Of a stretch of 64,000 bases of DNA, positions 26,046 through 38,683 are shown one piece after another (position 1 is the stretch's first letter; the number at the start of each line of letters is the position of its first letter). The translations under genes and the position numbers were made by a program. Origin of the DNA: Eledone cirrhosa (Eukaryota); the NCBI GenBank assembly GCA_964016885.1, contig OZ024740.1, positions 85,684,001 to 85,748,000 on the forward strand. Direction: 5' to 3'. The notes beneath the pieces are model-generated. The model was not told the origin of the DNA and did no database searches. It saw nothing but the letters and a program-made list of their open reading frames with translations.

Positions 26046-26334
26046 ATATATATATGTATAAATATATATGTATATATGTATATATATCTATAAATTTATA
26101 TGTATATATATGTATATAAATATATATATATATATGTATAATAAATGAAGTTAATATGTCCAAGGGTACTAAGTACCCCTAGAAATACATAGGTTGTCTA
26201 TGATTCAAGGTTGTTCAATGGTATTAATTTGACATACCAGAACTATAATATTAAGATAAGCAGAACAAGCAAAATTTAACCAATTTTTTAAAATAAATTA
26301 AAAAATATAATATAAATATTTACCTCTTCTAATG

Positions 26335-26416
26335 GCCCTTACTGATCAGTTTCGCTTTGTAAAACACCAGAAATCCAATGGATATCAAATGGAAAACCAA
26401 AGTTCATCAGAGAAGC
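26335..26416 (-). ncRNA. Type I hammerhead ribozyme motif
   Basis: Minus strand: gcttct-CTGATGA-actttg...caaagc-GAAA-ctgatcag-TA-agggc; palindromic stem III; A-C mismatch at 10.1-11.1. Confidence 0.72.
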
Positions 26417-26456
26417 ATTTTCCTTTCCTAGGGCTAAAGACCCAGGAACGATTATC

Positions 26457-26512
<56 letters not shown>

Positions 26513-26515
<3 letters not shown>

Positions 26516-27067
26516 TGGCTGCCAACTCGTTTTCGAGTACGGCCACTACTTTATATCCATGTAGGAGAACCCCTACCGATGCGCTGAACGAGTGACTTTT
26601 TAGTCCAGCCAGCGACTTGAAAACTCTGGTACAAACACTACACCTGTGACAATTATTGACACATAGTGCTGGGCCCATGGTACCATGTGACGACAAGTGC
26701 AGAAAGATCTCCAGATATAAAGCAATGCCTGTGCTGTGAAGCTTTTATAGTGAGCAAAGGCACTGCACAAAGCCAGTCCCACTCTCTTAACCAAGATGAT
26801 ATTTACCAAAAAGAAGAACAAGTCAACATCATTGGATACCATCAGGGTTGCAGGTGTTATATCAGAGTTTTCCTTCTCCTAGAATTCTGCCTTGACAAAG
26901 GCTAAGGGGTCATCTCTCCCGGTGATTTTGGATGGCCATTGACTCTTAAGAGCTCCTTTCATGGTCGGGTCGTTGGCGACTAAACTGGCAACGCCACCAA
27001 GGTTTCTTGGTAAGGAGGGTGGCTTTGGACATCCTGCAGGACTAAAAACAAAACCTGTCAAAGGGCA
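26513..27067 (-). mobile_element. Internally deleted RTE/BovB-like element in (TA)n
   Basis: Minus strand: putative 5' non-coding part, decayed RT piece (CSAFAHYKSF like AFVDYKKAF), C-terminal C2H2 CSVCTRVFKSLAGLKSH. Confidence 0.6.
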
Positions 27068-27243
27068 TATATATATATACATACATACATACACACACAC
27101 ATATATATATCTATGCATACATACACACATATATATACTCCCATACATGTATATGTATGTATGTAACTATGTACATGAAGAATTATTTATATACATGCAT
27201 GTGCGCTAGTAATTGTATGTGAATGTATGTATATATATATATA

Positions 27244-27480
27244 TATATTAATAAAACGAATTCCAAGTTTGCATGCAAACTTGACTGTCACCACTGAATA
27301 TGAACCTGACGATTGCGAAAGCATGAAAGTACTTGTTCAATTAACATTTAACATTTAATATTTTACCATATAATATCATTACAATTTTAAAGGATTGTAA
27401 ATAAAACGAGTAAATCAGACAAAGTTGGAATTCCTTTTATTAATATAATCTTCTATACTCAATCATACACACCCGTGTAT
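27244..27480 (+). mobile_element. ~230-bp ORF-less element with 27-bp inverted termini and an internal hammerhead (Penelope pLTR-like)
   Basis: 27244-27270 vs 27421-27447 inverted (2 mismatches); flanked by (TA)n and (TG)n. Confidence 0.75.
27301..27339 (+). ncRNA. Minimal type I hammerhead ribozyme motif
   Basis: tgaac-CTGACGA-t-tgc-gaaa-gca-t-GAAA-gtac-TT-gttca: 5-bp stem I, GNRA-capped stem II, palindromic GTAC in place of stem III. Confidence 0.8.
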
Positions 27481-27493
27481 ATTTATATATAAT

Positions 27494-27555
<62 letters not shown>

Positions 27556-27962
27556 TGTGTGTGTGTATGTGTGTACAGAAAAACCCACACACACATACAC
27601 ATATATATATATAAATACATACGCAATCACAGAGAGATGTATATTTTCACATTAAAAATTAAAATATAGACACAGCCTATTATAATAGTAAAAGATAAAT
27701 ATTTCGTAAATATAACTTGCATATTTCACCGTGCTGGTGATGGCGTTGTGCATCTATGATTTACTGTATTCATACATACACACATACACACACAGATGCA
27801 CACATACACACACAAACGCACACACACGCTCGCGCACACATACATTTATGAAAAACAAAACTTGTCATTCATAAGACGGAAGAACTGAGAAGAATCAATG
27901 ACCATTTTATAACGTGTAATAAAAATAGTGAGATAGAGAGATGATATCGTGTGTGTTAGTTG

Positions 27963-28200
27963 GGAAGGTGCGTGGCTTAGTGGTTAGAGAATTAGATTAG
28001 CAATCGTGAGGTTGCGAGTTCGATTCCCGGACCGGGTGATGAGTTATTTCCTTGAGCAAGACACGTTGCCCCTTATGCCAGGAATTGCGACCGATAGGTA
28101 ATATCAGCAATGGAAAGACCAATGGAAACGCTGTTTCCTTGGTCCGATTTAACGAGCTCCACCCCAGCCGGTAACCAAATGAGGTCTTCGATCTTATCGA
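27963..28200 (+). mobile_element. tRNA-derived SINE family B variant
   Basis: ggaaggtgcgtggcttagtggttaga...gagttcgattcccggaccggg...cttgagcaagacac; inverse relative at 34745-34965. Confidence 0.8.
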
Positions 28201-28884
28201 TCGAGTTCTCTCTGTTAGTGTTGAAAAGCAAAATCTAGGAATTCAGACCCCCCCAAAAAAAAAAATATTGATGTGTGCCCGCGAAAATTGAATTGCCAAG
28301 GAATGTTTAAATTTCGTAGACCACAAGGAAAGGATTTTATCAGGGTTTATGACAAGATTCTCCGGAGAGAGAAAGGTTGTTTTTTGTCCTTAGTCTTTAA
28401 AATCTTGGGTACGACAGAAAATTCTAGAAAGTTAGTAGTTGTGCATGTGTTGGAGATAAACGTTAAAAATAGATAATTGGTGGAAGAGAGTGGAAGATAA
28501 TTTGAGAAATGGTAGGGGAAAGAGAGAATGAGAGCCTTAAGGGAAAGTAAGACATAAAAAAAAAATTGGAAACGAAGGTTAGAAGATAGAGGAAATAAAA
28601 CTTTTAGAGCGTGAACTGAAGAGAGAATAAAAGCAATAAGGGAAGTAGTGGGTTAAAACTGGTAGGAATGTGTAGTTTAATGAGGGACAGGTCAGAGACC
28701 ACGTCAATAATTTTGTCAACAAGCATTTGCACATGCATTTCATTACACAGATACATACGCCATTAGTATAGTAATAGTAGAGATACACTCGCATATATGC
28801 ATGTGGGTCACACGTACACATTAATATTTATCTGAGATAGATATAGATTTAAAATAACAGAATGATAGAAGTATAAAGTTTTTA

Positions 28885-29062
28885 CATTTGGAACAAGGTC
28901 AGCAATTTGAAGGGAAGGGGAACGGTCGATTAAATCGACCCCGTTCGTTATTGGTGCAATATTTTATCCCAGCAAGGATTACAGGCGGGATTTGAACTCA
29001 GAACGCAAAAGGGCGTAACTATATGCCGTGAAGTAAAGTATGTTGTTCGTCGCTCTACCGTC
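28885..29062 (-). mobile_element. SINE family A, decayed
   Basis: ggcgggatttgaactcagaacg..aagggcgtaactat. Confidence 0.75.
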
Positions 29063-29649
29063 CATACGAATAAAGTGGAAAACATTTCTAGAGAGGTATT
29101 TTGCATAAGATATATAAAAGCAGATGCTGTGGGGGCAAAGAAGCAAATGAGATCGCTCATTTAGACCAAATAGGAATATTATTCTAGGTTGAATATAATG
29201 GTTTGTTTATTTATTTCTCCTTGTATGATGCCGCATGATAGGCGGATATTCGGGATAAGGACTGGCTAATGGAGAGGCTTGGATTTGGATGCTCGAAGAT
29301 CTTTCAGAAGCAATCGCCCACGTAACGGCATTTTCTACAACAGCTTCTAGAATCGTAATTCTGAGATTCTCGTTACCAGTTATTCAAATTTTGAAATAGA
29401 GAAGCAAAAATATTTGCAATCACCTCAAAATGTTTTTAGAAAACTGTCATAGAGATTTGATTGGTTGTCCAAAAACGTTTAGAAATTGAATCGTAGATTC
29501 ACATTCAATCAACATTTTCATTTGTTTACCTTCGAATGCATGCGACATATTGTCTTCATTATCGGGTGTAAGAAATTTGTTGTCAAGGAAACCATCTGTT
29601 ATCAATGATATTTTAGTGTTACAGAACAAATAAATGTTTTATTTTCATT

Positions 29650-29790
29650 AGAGTTACGGCCCTTGCCATTCTGAGTTCAAATCCCGTCGAGGTTAACTTT
29701 GCCTTTCATCCTAACGGGGGTCGATAAAATAAAGTACCAGTAATACACTGGGATAATTGCTGGCCTTGTGTCTATTGTAGAAACAATTAT
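29650..29790 (+). mobile_element. SINE family A, 5'-truncated
   Basis: Direct match to family A. Confidence 0.88.
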
Positions 29791-30031
29791 ATGAAAAACT
29801 TTTAGATTTAAAAGTTATTATGTAGGAAATAAACTACTTAGCTAGTTAGTAGTTTGAAACTTCGAAATAAATATAGGCAGAAGTGCATTCAAGGATTTAC
29901 CAATCCCAATCTTTTGTTAGCAATTACAAATGGCAGTAATGGAATGTTGTACTACTTCAAAAATCAGTGAGTTCACTTTCTGGAACAATTAATGTAGGTA
30001 ACGCATGTTCGTCAATAAAATAATCAATTTA

Positions 30032-30287
30032 ATCATTGTTAATAATAACATCATTGTTAATAATAACATTATTGTTAATAATAACATTATTGTTAATAAT
30101 AACATTATTGTTAATAATAACATTATTGTTAATAATAACATCATTGTTAATAATAACATCATTGTTAATAATAACATCATTGTTAATAATAACATCATTG
30201 TTAATAATGATATCATTGTTAATAATAACATTATTGTTAATAATAACATCAATGTTAATAATAACATTATTGTTAATAATAACATCA
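30032..30287. repeat. 18-bp minisatellite (attgttaataataacatY), about 14 copies
   Basis: Direct reading; each unit contains tgtta...taaca inverted arms. Confidence 0.95.
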
Positions 30288-30849
30288 TATTTGGATAGTG
30301 ATGTAGTAAATTGTCTTTCTGCGTGTCACAATATATCCAAGTATTTTTAATGGGGTTGTCAGTAAACCCTACATATTTTTGTTCTGCTATTATCTGCAAG
30401 GAAAACAACAGTTTGATAAACTAATGCTTTAAAAAGACATATACAATTGAGAGGGAAGGTATTAGGTAATAACTGCATTGTTTATTTTCAGGGAGTACAT
30501 TGAAAAATAAACCGCATTTAGTTATTTCATGAGAGTATATTGGTCAGTCTATGAAGTTTTTAGCCGACTCTTGTATATATTTATGACTATTAGTGTTTTT
30601 CTGCAATGATACCATTGTTTGTTAAGGTGTTATTGTAACAATAATGCTAAAGATTAAAGTCATTCTTCAGGATTGGCTGTATATGTACTTACTAATTCAG
30701 TTTTTATGAGTTATTGCGGTATGATTGGAATTTATATATTGCCATTTCTCATTACTACAAGAGAAGTATTTACCAGCAGCTAAACCTAATGTAGACGCAG
30801 CAAGAATTTCGCTTTGCACTCATTAGGATAAGTAAAATTTACCATAACC

Positions 30850-31100
30850 TTTAGGTCGCCCATTCTTTGTGAGTGAAATCGGGTAGATGGAATCTGTTTG
30901 GAAGCCCGTAGGATGGATTGTGCCTGTAATTCAAAGGGCTAGCCCTGCAATATACTATGCCATGTTGAATCTTCCTGAGAATTATGTCAAGAGTACACGT
31001 ATCTGTGGAGTGCTTAGCCACGTACACGTTAATATCATGAGTTGGGCAGGGGTTCCATTGATCAAACAACTAGAACACTCCTCATCGAAACCGACGAAGT
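30850..31100 (+). mobile_element. SINE-derived fragment sharing the family B 3' body
   Basis: tgaatcttcctgagaattatgtcaagagtacacgt.tctgtggagtgct matches 15435-15490. Confidence 0.6.
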
Positions 31101-32627
31101 TCCATTCTAAATCTAATGGTATGTGTAGAAAATTAACTATGTTTAGTTTCGCATCTGCCGCGAATCCTGTTAATCAGAAGCTTCAACTCTTACTGTTGTA
31201 CGACTACATAAAACAATTCCTGGCCAATAATGTGTAAGATCTTAGCAAAGATTTCTCAGCGTTTATAATCAACAATTAGAATAAAATCTCTATTGGATTT
31301 TAAAAGACTGGATACAATTCTACTCTACCGAAAGGCATGGATTTATAATGATATTTAATATCTATATTACTGAATTGTGTGGGGCCAAATAAACTGTAAT
31401 TCCAAAGGAAGAGATGTAATATTTCTAATACTGAAAATGATTGAATCTAAAATAATTTACTGATGCTATCGGATTTGCCCTCGGATTTGTTAAGGAGTTG
31501 ACGTTTAAATGTAGCGTATGATTCAAGTAACGCTAAAAGGTGTAATATAACATCTATCTTTAGGCTTGTATGCATTTATCCTGCTTTCAAATAACTAGTA
31601 TATTAATTATAGCTCATTGGTTGATTGTGGTGTGTGGAGTATGATTAAATGCTAAATACTTTTAAACTCTTGCAATCTGATCTCTGAATATAGTGCCCTA
31701 TATAGTGTGGTGTCCGACATATATTGGAATTTGACATCTAGAACCACTTAGCGGCATAAATATGAGCTTTGCTGAGACACGTCTACTCTCAGCATGTTTC
31801 TTTGTCCTAGTTACGTGCTTGGGTTAAAAGCTGATCGACGTTGGGCACTTGATATATTGACAGGCGCTCACTGCACTCTATTATATTGATCGTATAGTCG
31901 GTAGAAAATCAACATTTGCCTTCGATACATGGTTAGTGGAAGAGATGAGCGATGATAAACTGGATGACAGCATATGTAGCCACTTTTGTCGGACATTCAG
32001 GTCGAGAATTATGCTCTGGATATGCTACAGAGGATTTGTGCTTGTTTCAGAGCGAATCTCTTGGCACAGTAATCCAGGAGAGATCACCACGCAGTATAAT
32101 GAAATTATTCGACATGTACTCGACTAGTATCCGCGCATTTTGTATTTTAGTTTATGTCGAACAAGAGTAATCATGTGTGGGACGGTCCCGGCTGTCAGTG
32201 AAGATCGTGCCACCACTTTCTTGTGGTAAAGAAGTGCAGGGATCTTCATCTGTCTGATGGTTATGGCGAAAAGAATGGATGGTAGAATAGACATGGTTGA
32301 AAGGTTTAAGGACAAAATGTTATCACTTAAGACAAGCCTTTATCCCACTTAAGAAAAAAACAAGAGAAAAGATGGAGATGCTGCTCCCCCGTAAATTTTA
32401 AATAAGGTGGGAGAGATTAACGAACGTAGGGTGGCGAAACGGCCCAACACTATCTAACCTGCAATAGGCTGGTTGTCATGTATTTGGAGAAGGCTTCGCC
32501 TTTGGTGAATGAATGTAATCAGCGGTTGAGATGACTTGAATCATCATTATAAGGGGTTTCTCTCATTATGGGGGATTCCTTTCCTCTTTCCTACTTTCTT
32601 CAGTTCTGCCAGGACCTTTTACTTTCA

Positions 32628-32775
32628 TAGTTCAAATCCCGCCGAGGTGAGCTTTGCTTTCTATCCTTACAGAGTTGATGAAATAAAGTACTAGTAACGC
32701 ACTGAGGCCGATTTAATCGACTTTCCCATTCCCTTCAAATTGCTGGCCTTGTGCCAAAGGTGAAAACAATAATTA
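32628..32775 (+). mobile_element. SINE family A, 5'-truncated
   Basis: Direct match to family A. Confidence 0.8.
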
Positions 32776-32968
32776 TTATCATCATCATTAACATTCTGTT
32801 TTGAAAGATACCGACTATGGTGAAAGATAGAGAGTGAGAAGAGGAAAGAACGGAAAGAAATTGAGAAAAACCACATGTGAGTATTCAGATAGATAGATAG
32901 ATGGATAGATGGATAGATGGATAGATAAGTAGATAGAGAAATAGATATATATATATATATAGATGATT

Positions 32969-32999
<31 letters not shown>

Positions 33000-33092
33000 C
33001 AAACTCATTTTAAGGAACACGGTTGTTTGTAGTAATGGCCACTTTTATAACCATTACACAAGGCAAGTTTTAGGGGTAGCGTCATTATTACA

Positions 33093-33268
33093 AGGTATTG
33101 GCGGGATTTGAACTCAGATTACAAAGTGTTACGGCCCTTTATGATCTGAGTTCAAATCCCGCCAAGGTTAACTTTGCCTTTCATCCTTACGGGGTCGATA
33201 AAATAAAGTACCAGTAATACACTGGGGTAATTACTGGCCTTGTGCCAAAAGTAGAAACAATTATTACA
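33093..33268 (+). mobile_element. SINE family A with 5' inverted duplication and 9-bp TSD
   Basis: 22-bp perfect inverted arms 33098-33119 and 33144-33165; attattaca at 33084-33092 and 33260-33268. Confidence 0.88.
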
Positions 33269-33861
33269 GGCAGCGTTTTGCACTAAATAACGATTGTCAC
33301 ATAGTTCTGTGTTTCAGTGTATAGGATTTCTGACAGCATTTTAGACAGAAAAAAAGCACTTAACAACCGAAGAATAACTTGCTCTATATGACACGTCACG
33401 AATGCCTTACTTGCTTCCCAGGAAGCATTGAATCATTGAAGCTAGATCGTGATAACCTGAAGCTAAACTTCACAGGTCACCTGGACAGTGCCAGTAGCCT
33501 TCACATGTGTATTCTAGTTAATTACTTGAATGAAAGTGAGTACCAAAAAGTAGAGATAAACTTCGGAAATCTTAACCCTGTTTCGAGTTCCGATCAAAGC
33601 TATTTCACTTCACATACATTACCTAAGCTTTTTTTAAAAATAAAATATTTAGAAAAATTTGGTCAGCACATCACAATAGTAGAGATAAATTTCGGAAATC
33701 TCAATGCGATTTCGATTTCCGATTAAATATTTGCCTTTACAAGTTTAACTTATGATTTTTCTTTTAAAAAGGTTTGAATATTTCATAACAGAATATCACA
33801 CATACTCACATTCCTTCTCCATATGAATAAAACAACATATTTTTAGAGACTTATTTTACTA

Positions 33862-34056
33862 TACGGGTCGGCTAAAAAGTTCATCGGCTGACTAAGATAC
33901 TTTCATGGAATGACCAAAATGAGGTTTATTTTTCAACAGAATCCCTGAAAAGAAACAATGCAGTTATTAATGAGTTGGAATTAATGCATGCAAGATTTCA
34001 CAGCCCTAATATCATTCCTTCATAGTCAGCCTATGAACATTTCAGCCGACTCCCGT
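33862..34056. mobile_element. Tc1/mariner-type MITE
   Basis: TIRs gggtcggct.aaaagttcat.ggctgac and gtcagcctatgaac.tttcagccgac; second copy 39148-39339; half copy about 30495-30575. Confidence 0.8.
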
Positions 34057-34744
34057 TCAATTAATACAATTGATTCAATATCTCTCTCTGTACAGGCTTG
34101 GAGTTTCTACAACATGAATTTTCTACCGCTATAATGTTCTCTCAGTCACTCCTAACTCATTGAGTTCATCTCCCCCTTCACCTATATTACCTGCACCTCA
34201 GAGTCTGCACTAACCATTAAACGTAATCCTTCTTGCCCAGACCGTCTCCTCTATGGTCGACATATCCTCGTTTACTTATCATACTTACAGTTTTCCTCAG
34301 TAGTTCTAAGCCCGGAGACGGTTGGGCTGAAACTGATTAACTATCTCAAAACGAACTTTTCTTCTTCTTCTTCTTTTTCTTCTTCACTTACTTATTATTG
34401 GAAGCTTGGAAGGAGGTGGGTGGCAGAATCCTCAGAGAGTTCTATGAAAAATACGTTTTAAAACATGAAAACACAGTTTCGTGCAGTTATAATAAAAAAA
34501 AACAAAAACAAAAAAAAAACATGTTCACTGTTGAAAAATTGTTTATCATGTATTGAATCTATCAAGGCTGACCTGGAATTGAACCACAGAACCCACTGGA
34601 AAATTAAAACAATAAATAAATAAATAAATAAATAAATAAATATAATAATATTGTATTCATATCCCCCGCAAATCACTCCCTGCCGTCTTAAAACATGACT
34701 CAATGGAAATGTAGATTCAATATTTTTCTTTTCTTAAACGATCG

Positions 34745-34965
34745 ACAAGAACCCAGACCTCATTTGCTTACTGAGTTGGGTAGAACTCGTCTAATCGGAC
34801 CAAGAAAACAATGTTTCTATTGGTATTTCCATTGCTGATATTATTTACCGGTCACAACCCCTGACAGAAGGAGCAGTGTGATATAAGGCGTCTTGCTCTA
34901 AGACATGACGTATCGCCCGGTCTGGGAATCGAACTCGCAACCTCACGATTGCAAACCCAATTCCT
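34745..34965 (-). mobile_element. SINE family B variant
   Basis: Reverse complement of the 27963-28200 type. Confidence 0.7.
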
Positions 34966-34974
34966 ATACCTAGA

Positions 34975-35150
34975 AATAATTGTTTCTACTTTTTGGCACA
35001 AGTGCATTACTGGTACTTTATTTTATCGACCCCGTAAGGATGAAAGGCAAAGTTAACCTCGGCGGGATTTAAACTCAGAATGGCACGGGCCGTAACTCTA
35101 TGCTGCAAAGTATGGCGTCCGACCCGCTACGGATACTGCCAATCCACCGC
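34975..35150 (-). mobile_element. SINE family A
   Basis: Direct match on the minus strand. Confidence 0.9.
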
Positions 35151-35234
35151 TCTTGATATAATATGGGGTTGTTATGTTTTGAATGAATAACAATATTTCT
35201 CATTTATATCCTTATCGTCAACTTAATGAAAAAC

Positions 35235-36400
35235 CTATCTAAATGCATTCCAGAAAACTCAACGCGATTGCTCCATGTCCATCATTGGCGCATTCGGGAA
35301 ATAGAGTTGGTATCTGTCAGAGAGTGGAATTGTTTAATCAGGTACCGAGGCTTTAGAATCGCCCCTCTCCCATCAGCTACTCCCTCTCAGTCACACTGTG
35401 CGTCTAAAATGCAGTTCTATTCACCTTTCCCGCTAACAATAAGGGGCGAGATGTTCCAAGGAAGATTTCCAGACACATGAAGAAATCCGACCGTCCTGCC
35501 CCGGTCGGAGCATAGATGGACACCAGCCAAAAAGTAGAACCTTCGCTATTGCTCACATCTAGGACCACCAAATTACCGTCTGAGTCCAGGAAGATTGTAA
35601 GCACTTTGAGGTCCAGGCTTTTCCTAAACAGCATTTCAACTCTGTCTCCTATTCCAGGCCGACTAGGAGATGCGTAGATCTCAATGTCGTCAAAATGGGG
35701 ACTAGTGTGCTCATGTGGGAAAACCTGGTCTTGTTGACTGATATCACATCCATAGCTAGTGACCTGAGGTCATTGAGCAAGTGATCTAGCTTCTAGGACT
35801 ACCCCAGGCAACGTACATTTATGCAACGTACTCTTAAAATTGGCATCCTGGCGAGAAAGGGCTAACAGAATAAAGGGGGACTACTTACCCTCCTGGTACT
35901 GTTAGGGATCAGGTGGTTCGACCTCCATATCCTGTTACAGATCCTTTGGGAATCCATTTAAAAGCCTACTGGTGGCTTGTACATTAGTGGTTGCCACTCT
36001 CTCTCAATATCCTCCCTTCGTGATAGGAGGGCTATTATTGATCATCCTCCCTAGTACGAAGTTTGGTGTCTGTGTGGTTGGGTGTTGTGTGCGTTTTCTT
36101 TTTCTGGGTAGTTGTGGTTGTGGCAGTGCTGGTGGTGGTATAGGTGGTTGTGGTGTTGGTGTTGTAGATGTGTCTGTATTTGATGTGTGTGTGTGTGTGT
36201 GTTTTACGTGTAAAGAGAGAGAGAAAGAAAGAGAGAGAGAAAGAGAGAGAAAAAGAGCGAGCGAGAGAGAAAGAGCTTCGTTGGGAAAGCCCTTGGATGT
36301 TTTTCATGTTGTCTGTTATTTTACTTCCTGCTGCTGAAGGTTTTGTTGGTGCTTTTATTTCTGCTGTTGGTGGTTTTGTCAGTGTTGCTGTTGTCGACTA
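35235..36400 (-). mobile_element. Decayed Tx1 LINE: ORF1 3' part and APE domain
   Basis: LFRKSLDL..FLDSDGNLVVLDV..VSIYAPTGAGRSDFF..LEIFLGTSRPL matches ORF2 of copy 2. Confidence 0.85.
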
Positions 36401-36624
36401 CACCGAAAAATATCCTTTAACACCGATTAAATATGAATAAATCAAATGGAAGAAAAACTAGGAAAATGTTGAAATATATATGTAATACATTTGTTTACGA
36501 GTTAAATTTATTGCTCTTTAACCAACATAAGTAACATATAACAAATATCCATCCTGGACGGCGCCACCTCATGTAAACAAGCTATCGGGGAGCGAGTCAT
36601 TTCAACACACACAAGCAATGGCAA

Positions 36625-36775
36625 ACAATACAATGGTTTCTGATTTAGGCACAAGGCCAACCATTTTTTGGGGAGGAAAAAGTTGATTAACTCGACTCCA
36701 GTTCGTTACTGGTACTTTATTTTATCGACCCCCGTAATGTAGAAAGGAAAAGTTAACCGCAGCGGGTTTTGAAAC
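36625..36775 (-). mobile_element. SINE family A, partial
   Basis: Direct match to family A. Confidence 0.8.
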
Positions 36776-36894
36776 AAACTTGTATGCGACGAACTTTTAT
36801 AAAGGGCTTGATCTTATTCCTTAAATATCACAGATAAAACAGAAAGAAATGCATAGATAAATTAAAACAGAGGAATGCGTCTCTATAGTACATA

Positions 36895-37028
36895 CCGTAT
36901 TTCCCGGAGTCGAAGACCCTACTTTTTCAAGGCCGAAGGTTGTTTATTATTATTTTTTTTTAAATTTTGGTTGTCAAAATTAGAGTGCATCCTCGAGGAC
37001 GAAGCGTCTTCGGCGCCGGGAAATACAG
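36895..37028. mobile_element. pogo/Tc2-type MITE
   Basis: TA|ccgtatttcccggagtcgaagac ... gtcttcggcgccgggaaatacag|TA. Confidence 0.82.
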
Positions 37029-37784
37029 TACATATTTTATAGTAACAAAAAGTGAATTTGTAATAGTAATCTCGTAGAAAATTTGGAAAGAAAATTGCCA
37101 TAGACGAGTAAATTTAAGATGATATATTCTCAAAGTATAAGAAAACATTATATATAGCAGTAGAATGCGTACAAGAAAGGAAAACAACGAAAATATGAAT
37201 AACTAATGAAGCACCAACAGAGTGAATAAGAAATAAAAAAAACAAACACCCAGAACGTAAAAAACTAAAATAGACTTAACATCTGCGAAACTAAATAACA
37301 AGACACAATAAATAACAAGACACAATAAATAACAAGACACAACGCAAAAAAACAAAACACGTAGAGAATAATAAACAATGAACACAGCCCCCGCCCTCAT
37401 AAAATAAATGAATAAATATGATGGTGAGAATGGACATTATGAAGATGACAATGATCTGAATGTGGAAATAGTTAAAGAACTAAAATCGATAGTTCTTCCT
37501 ATAGACTCGCATAAGTATCCTCTAAGAATATAGCTTAACGTTAAACAGCAATGAAATAGATAAATGTAAAGTTGATCAGTGCAGACTTAATGAAACCGTA
37601 CACGATTGGTGATATAACCAGAATAAATGAAATAATAGAGGCAGCAGCTAATATAGTTACAAAGGAAGGTGTGCACTACCTCTAATCTACGTATATGGGA
37701 ATAACATAACTTAAACATACAATGTGGAAACGAAATACAGAAAAAGAGAGAAAATAACAAACGATCTCTCACTCCTTAGCTCCA

Positions 37785-38002
37785 TAAATAATTGTTCCTG
37801 ATTTAGACATAAAGCCAACAATTCTGGGGGAGGGGAAAGTAAATTAAATCGACCCTAGTGTGTTACTGGTACTTAATTTATCGACCCTGTAAGGATGTAA
37901 GGCAAAGCTACTTCGGCGGGATTTGAACTCAGAACGTAAAGGGCCGGAACTATATGCCGCAAGATATATTTTCCGGTGCTCTACCGATACTGGCAACCCA
38001 CT
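37785..38002 (-). mobile_element. SINE family A
   Basis: Direct match to family A. Confidence 0.85.
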
Positions 38003-38499
38003 GTTCTTAAGTACATAAATGATGAAAAGACACAATTGCAATATTTCTACATAAAATTGTAATAACAAACATTAAGTACCCCAAACCAAAGAAGGTCTGA
38101 GACAAGAGATCTACTTGTCTATAATACGGCAATATGTGATGCGATAGCGATTCTTTAAACGGAAGACTCAAATCATTCCAATCTTAAACGATTTCACCAA
38201 GTATTTGGTAAAAACGAACTAGAAACGAATGGATCACCAAAATATAGGGGAGCAAAATAATTTTGGCAGGTGTATGGACAGTGAAGAAATCACAATGGAA
38301 GATTTGATTAAAACAAGTGTAGCCTCTGAAAATTCCTAGGAAACCATATCAAATCAAGATATAGTCTACTAGTTAAACGAACAACTGGAAGGTACCAGTC
38401 TCACCAAGTTCCGATACACAGAATTGTGAATGTTCCCCGTATGCTGCCAATTATGAAACATGTTTTCCAGGACAGTAATGAACAATTCTGGTATGTAAG

Positions 38500-38683
38500 A
38501 ATAATTGTTTCTACTTTTTGGCACAAGGCCAGCAATTACCCAGTGCATTACTGGTACTTTATTTTATCGACCCCGTAAGGATGAAAGGCAAAGTTTACCT
38601 CGGCGGGATTCGAACTCAGAATGGCAAGGACCGTAACTCTGTGCGTCAAAGCATAGCGTCCGACCCTCTACCGATACTGCCAA
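38500..38683 (-). mobile_element. SINE family A
   Basis: Direct match to family A. Confidence 0.92.

Noticed and set aside
27963-28040. tRNA-like sequence
   Set aside because: SINE head: it continues into a SINE body and I could not fold a complete cloverleaf.
29989-30408. Repetitive ORFs (IIVNNN, MLLLT) and CRISPR-like periodicity
   Set aside because: Head-to-tail minisatellite without unique spacers; no cas genes; eukaryotic context.
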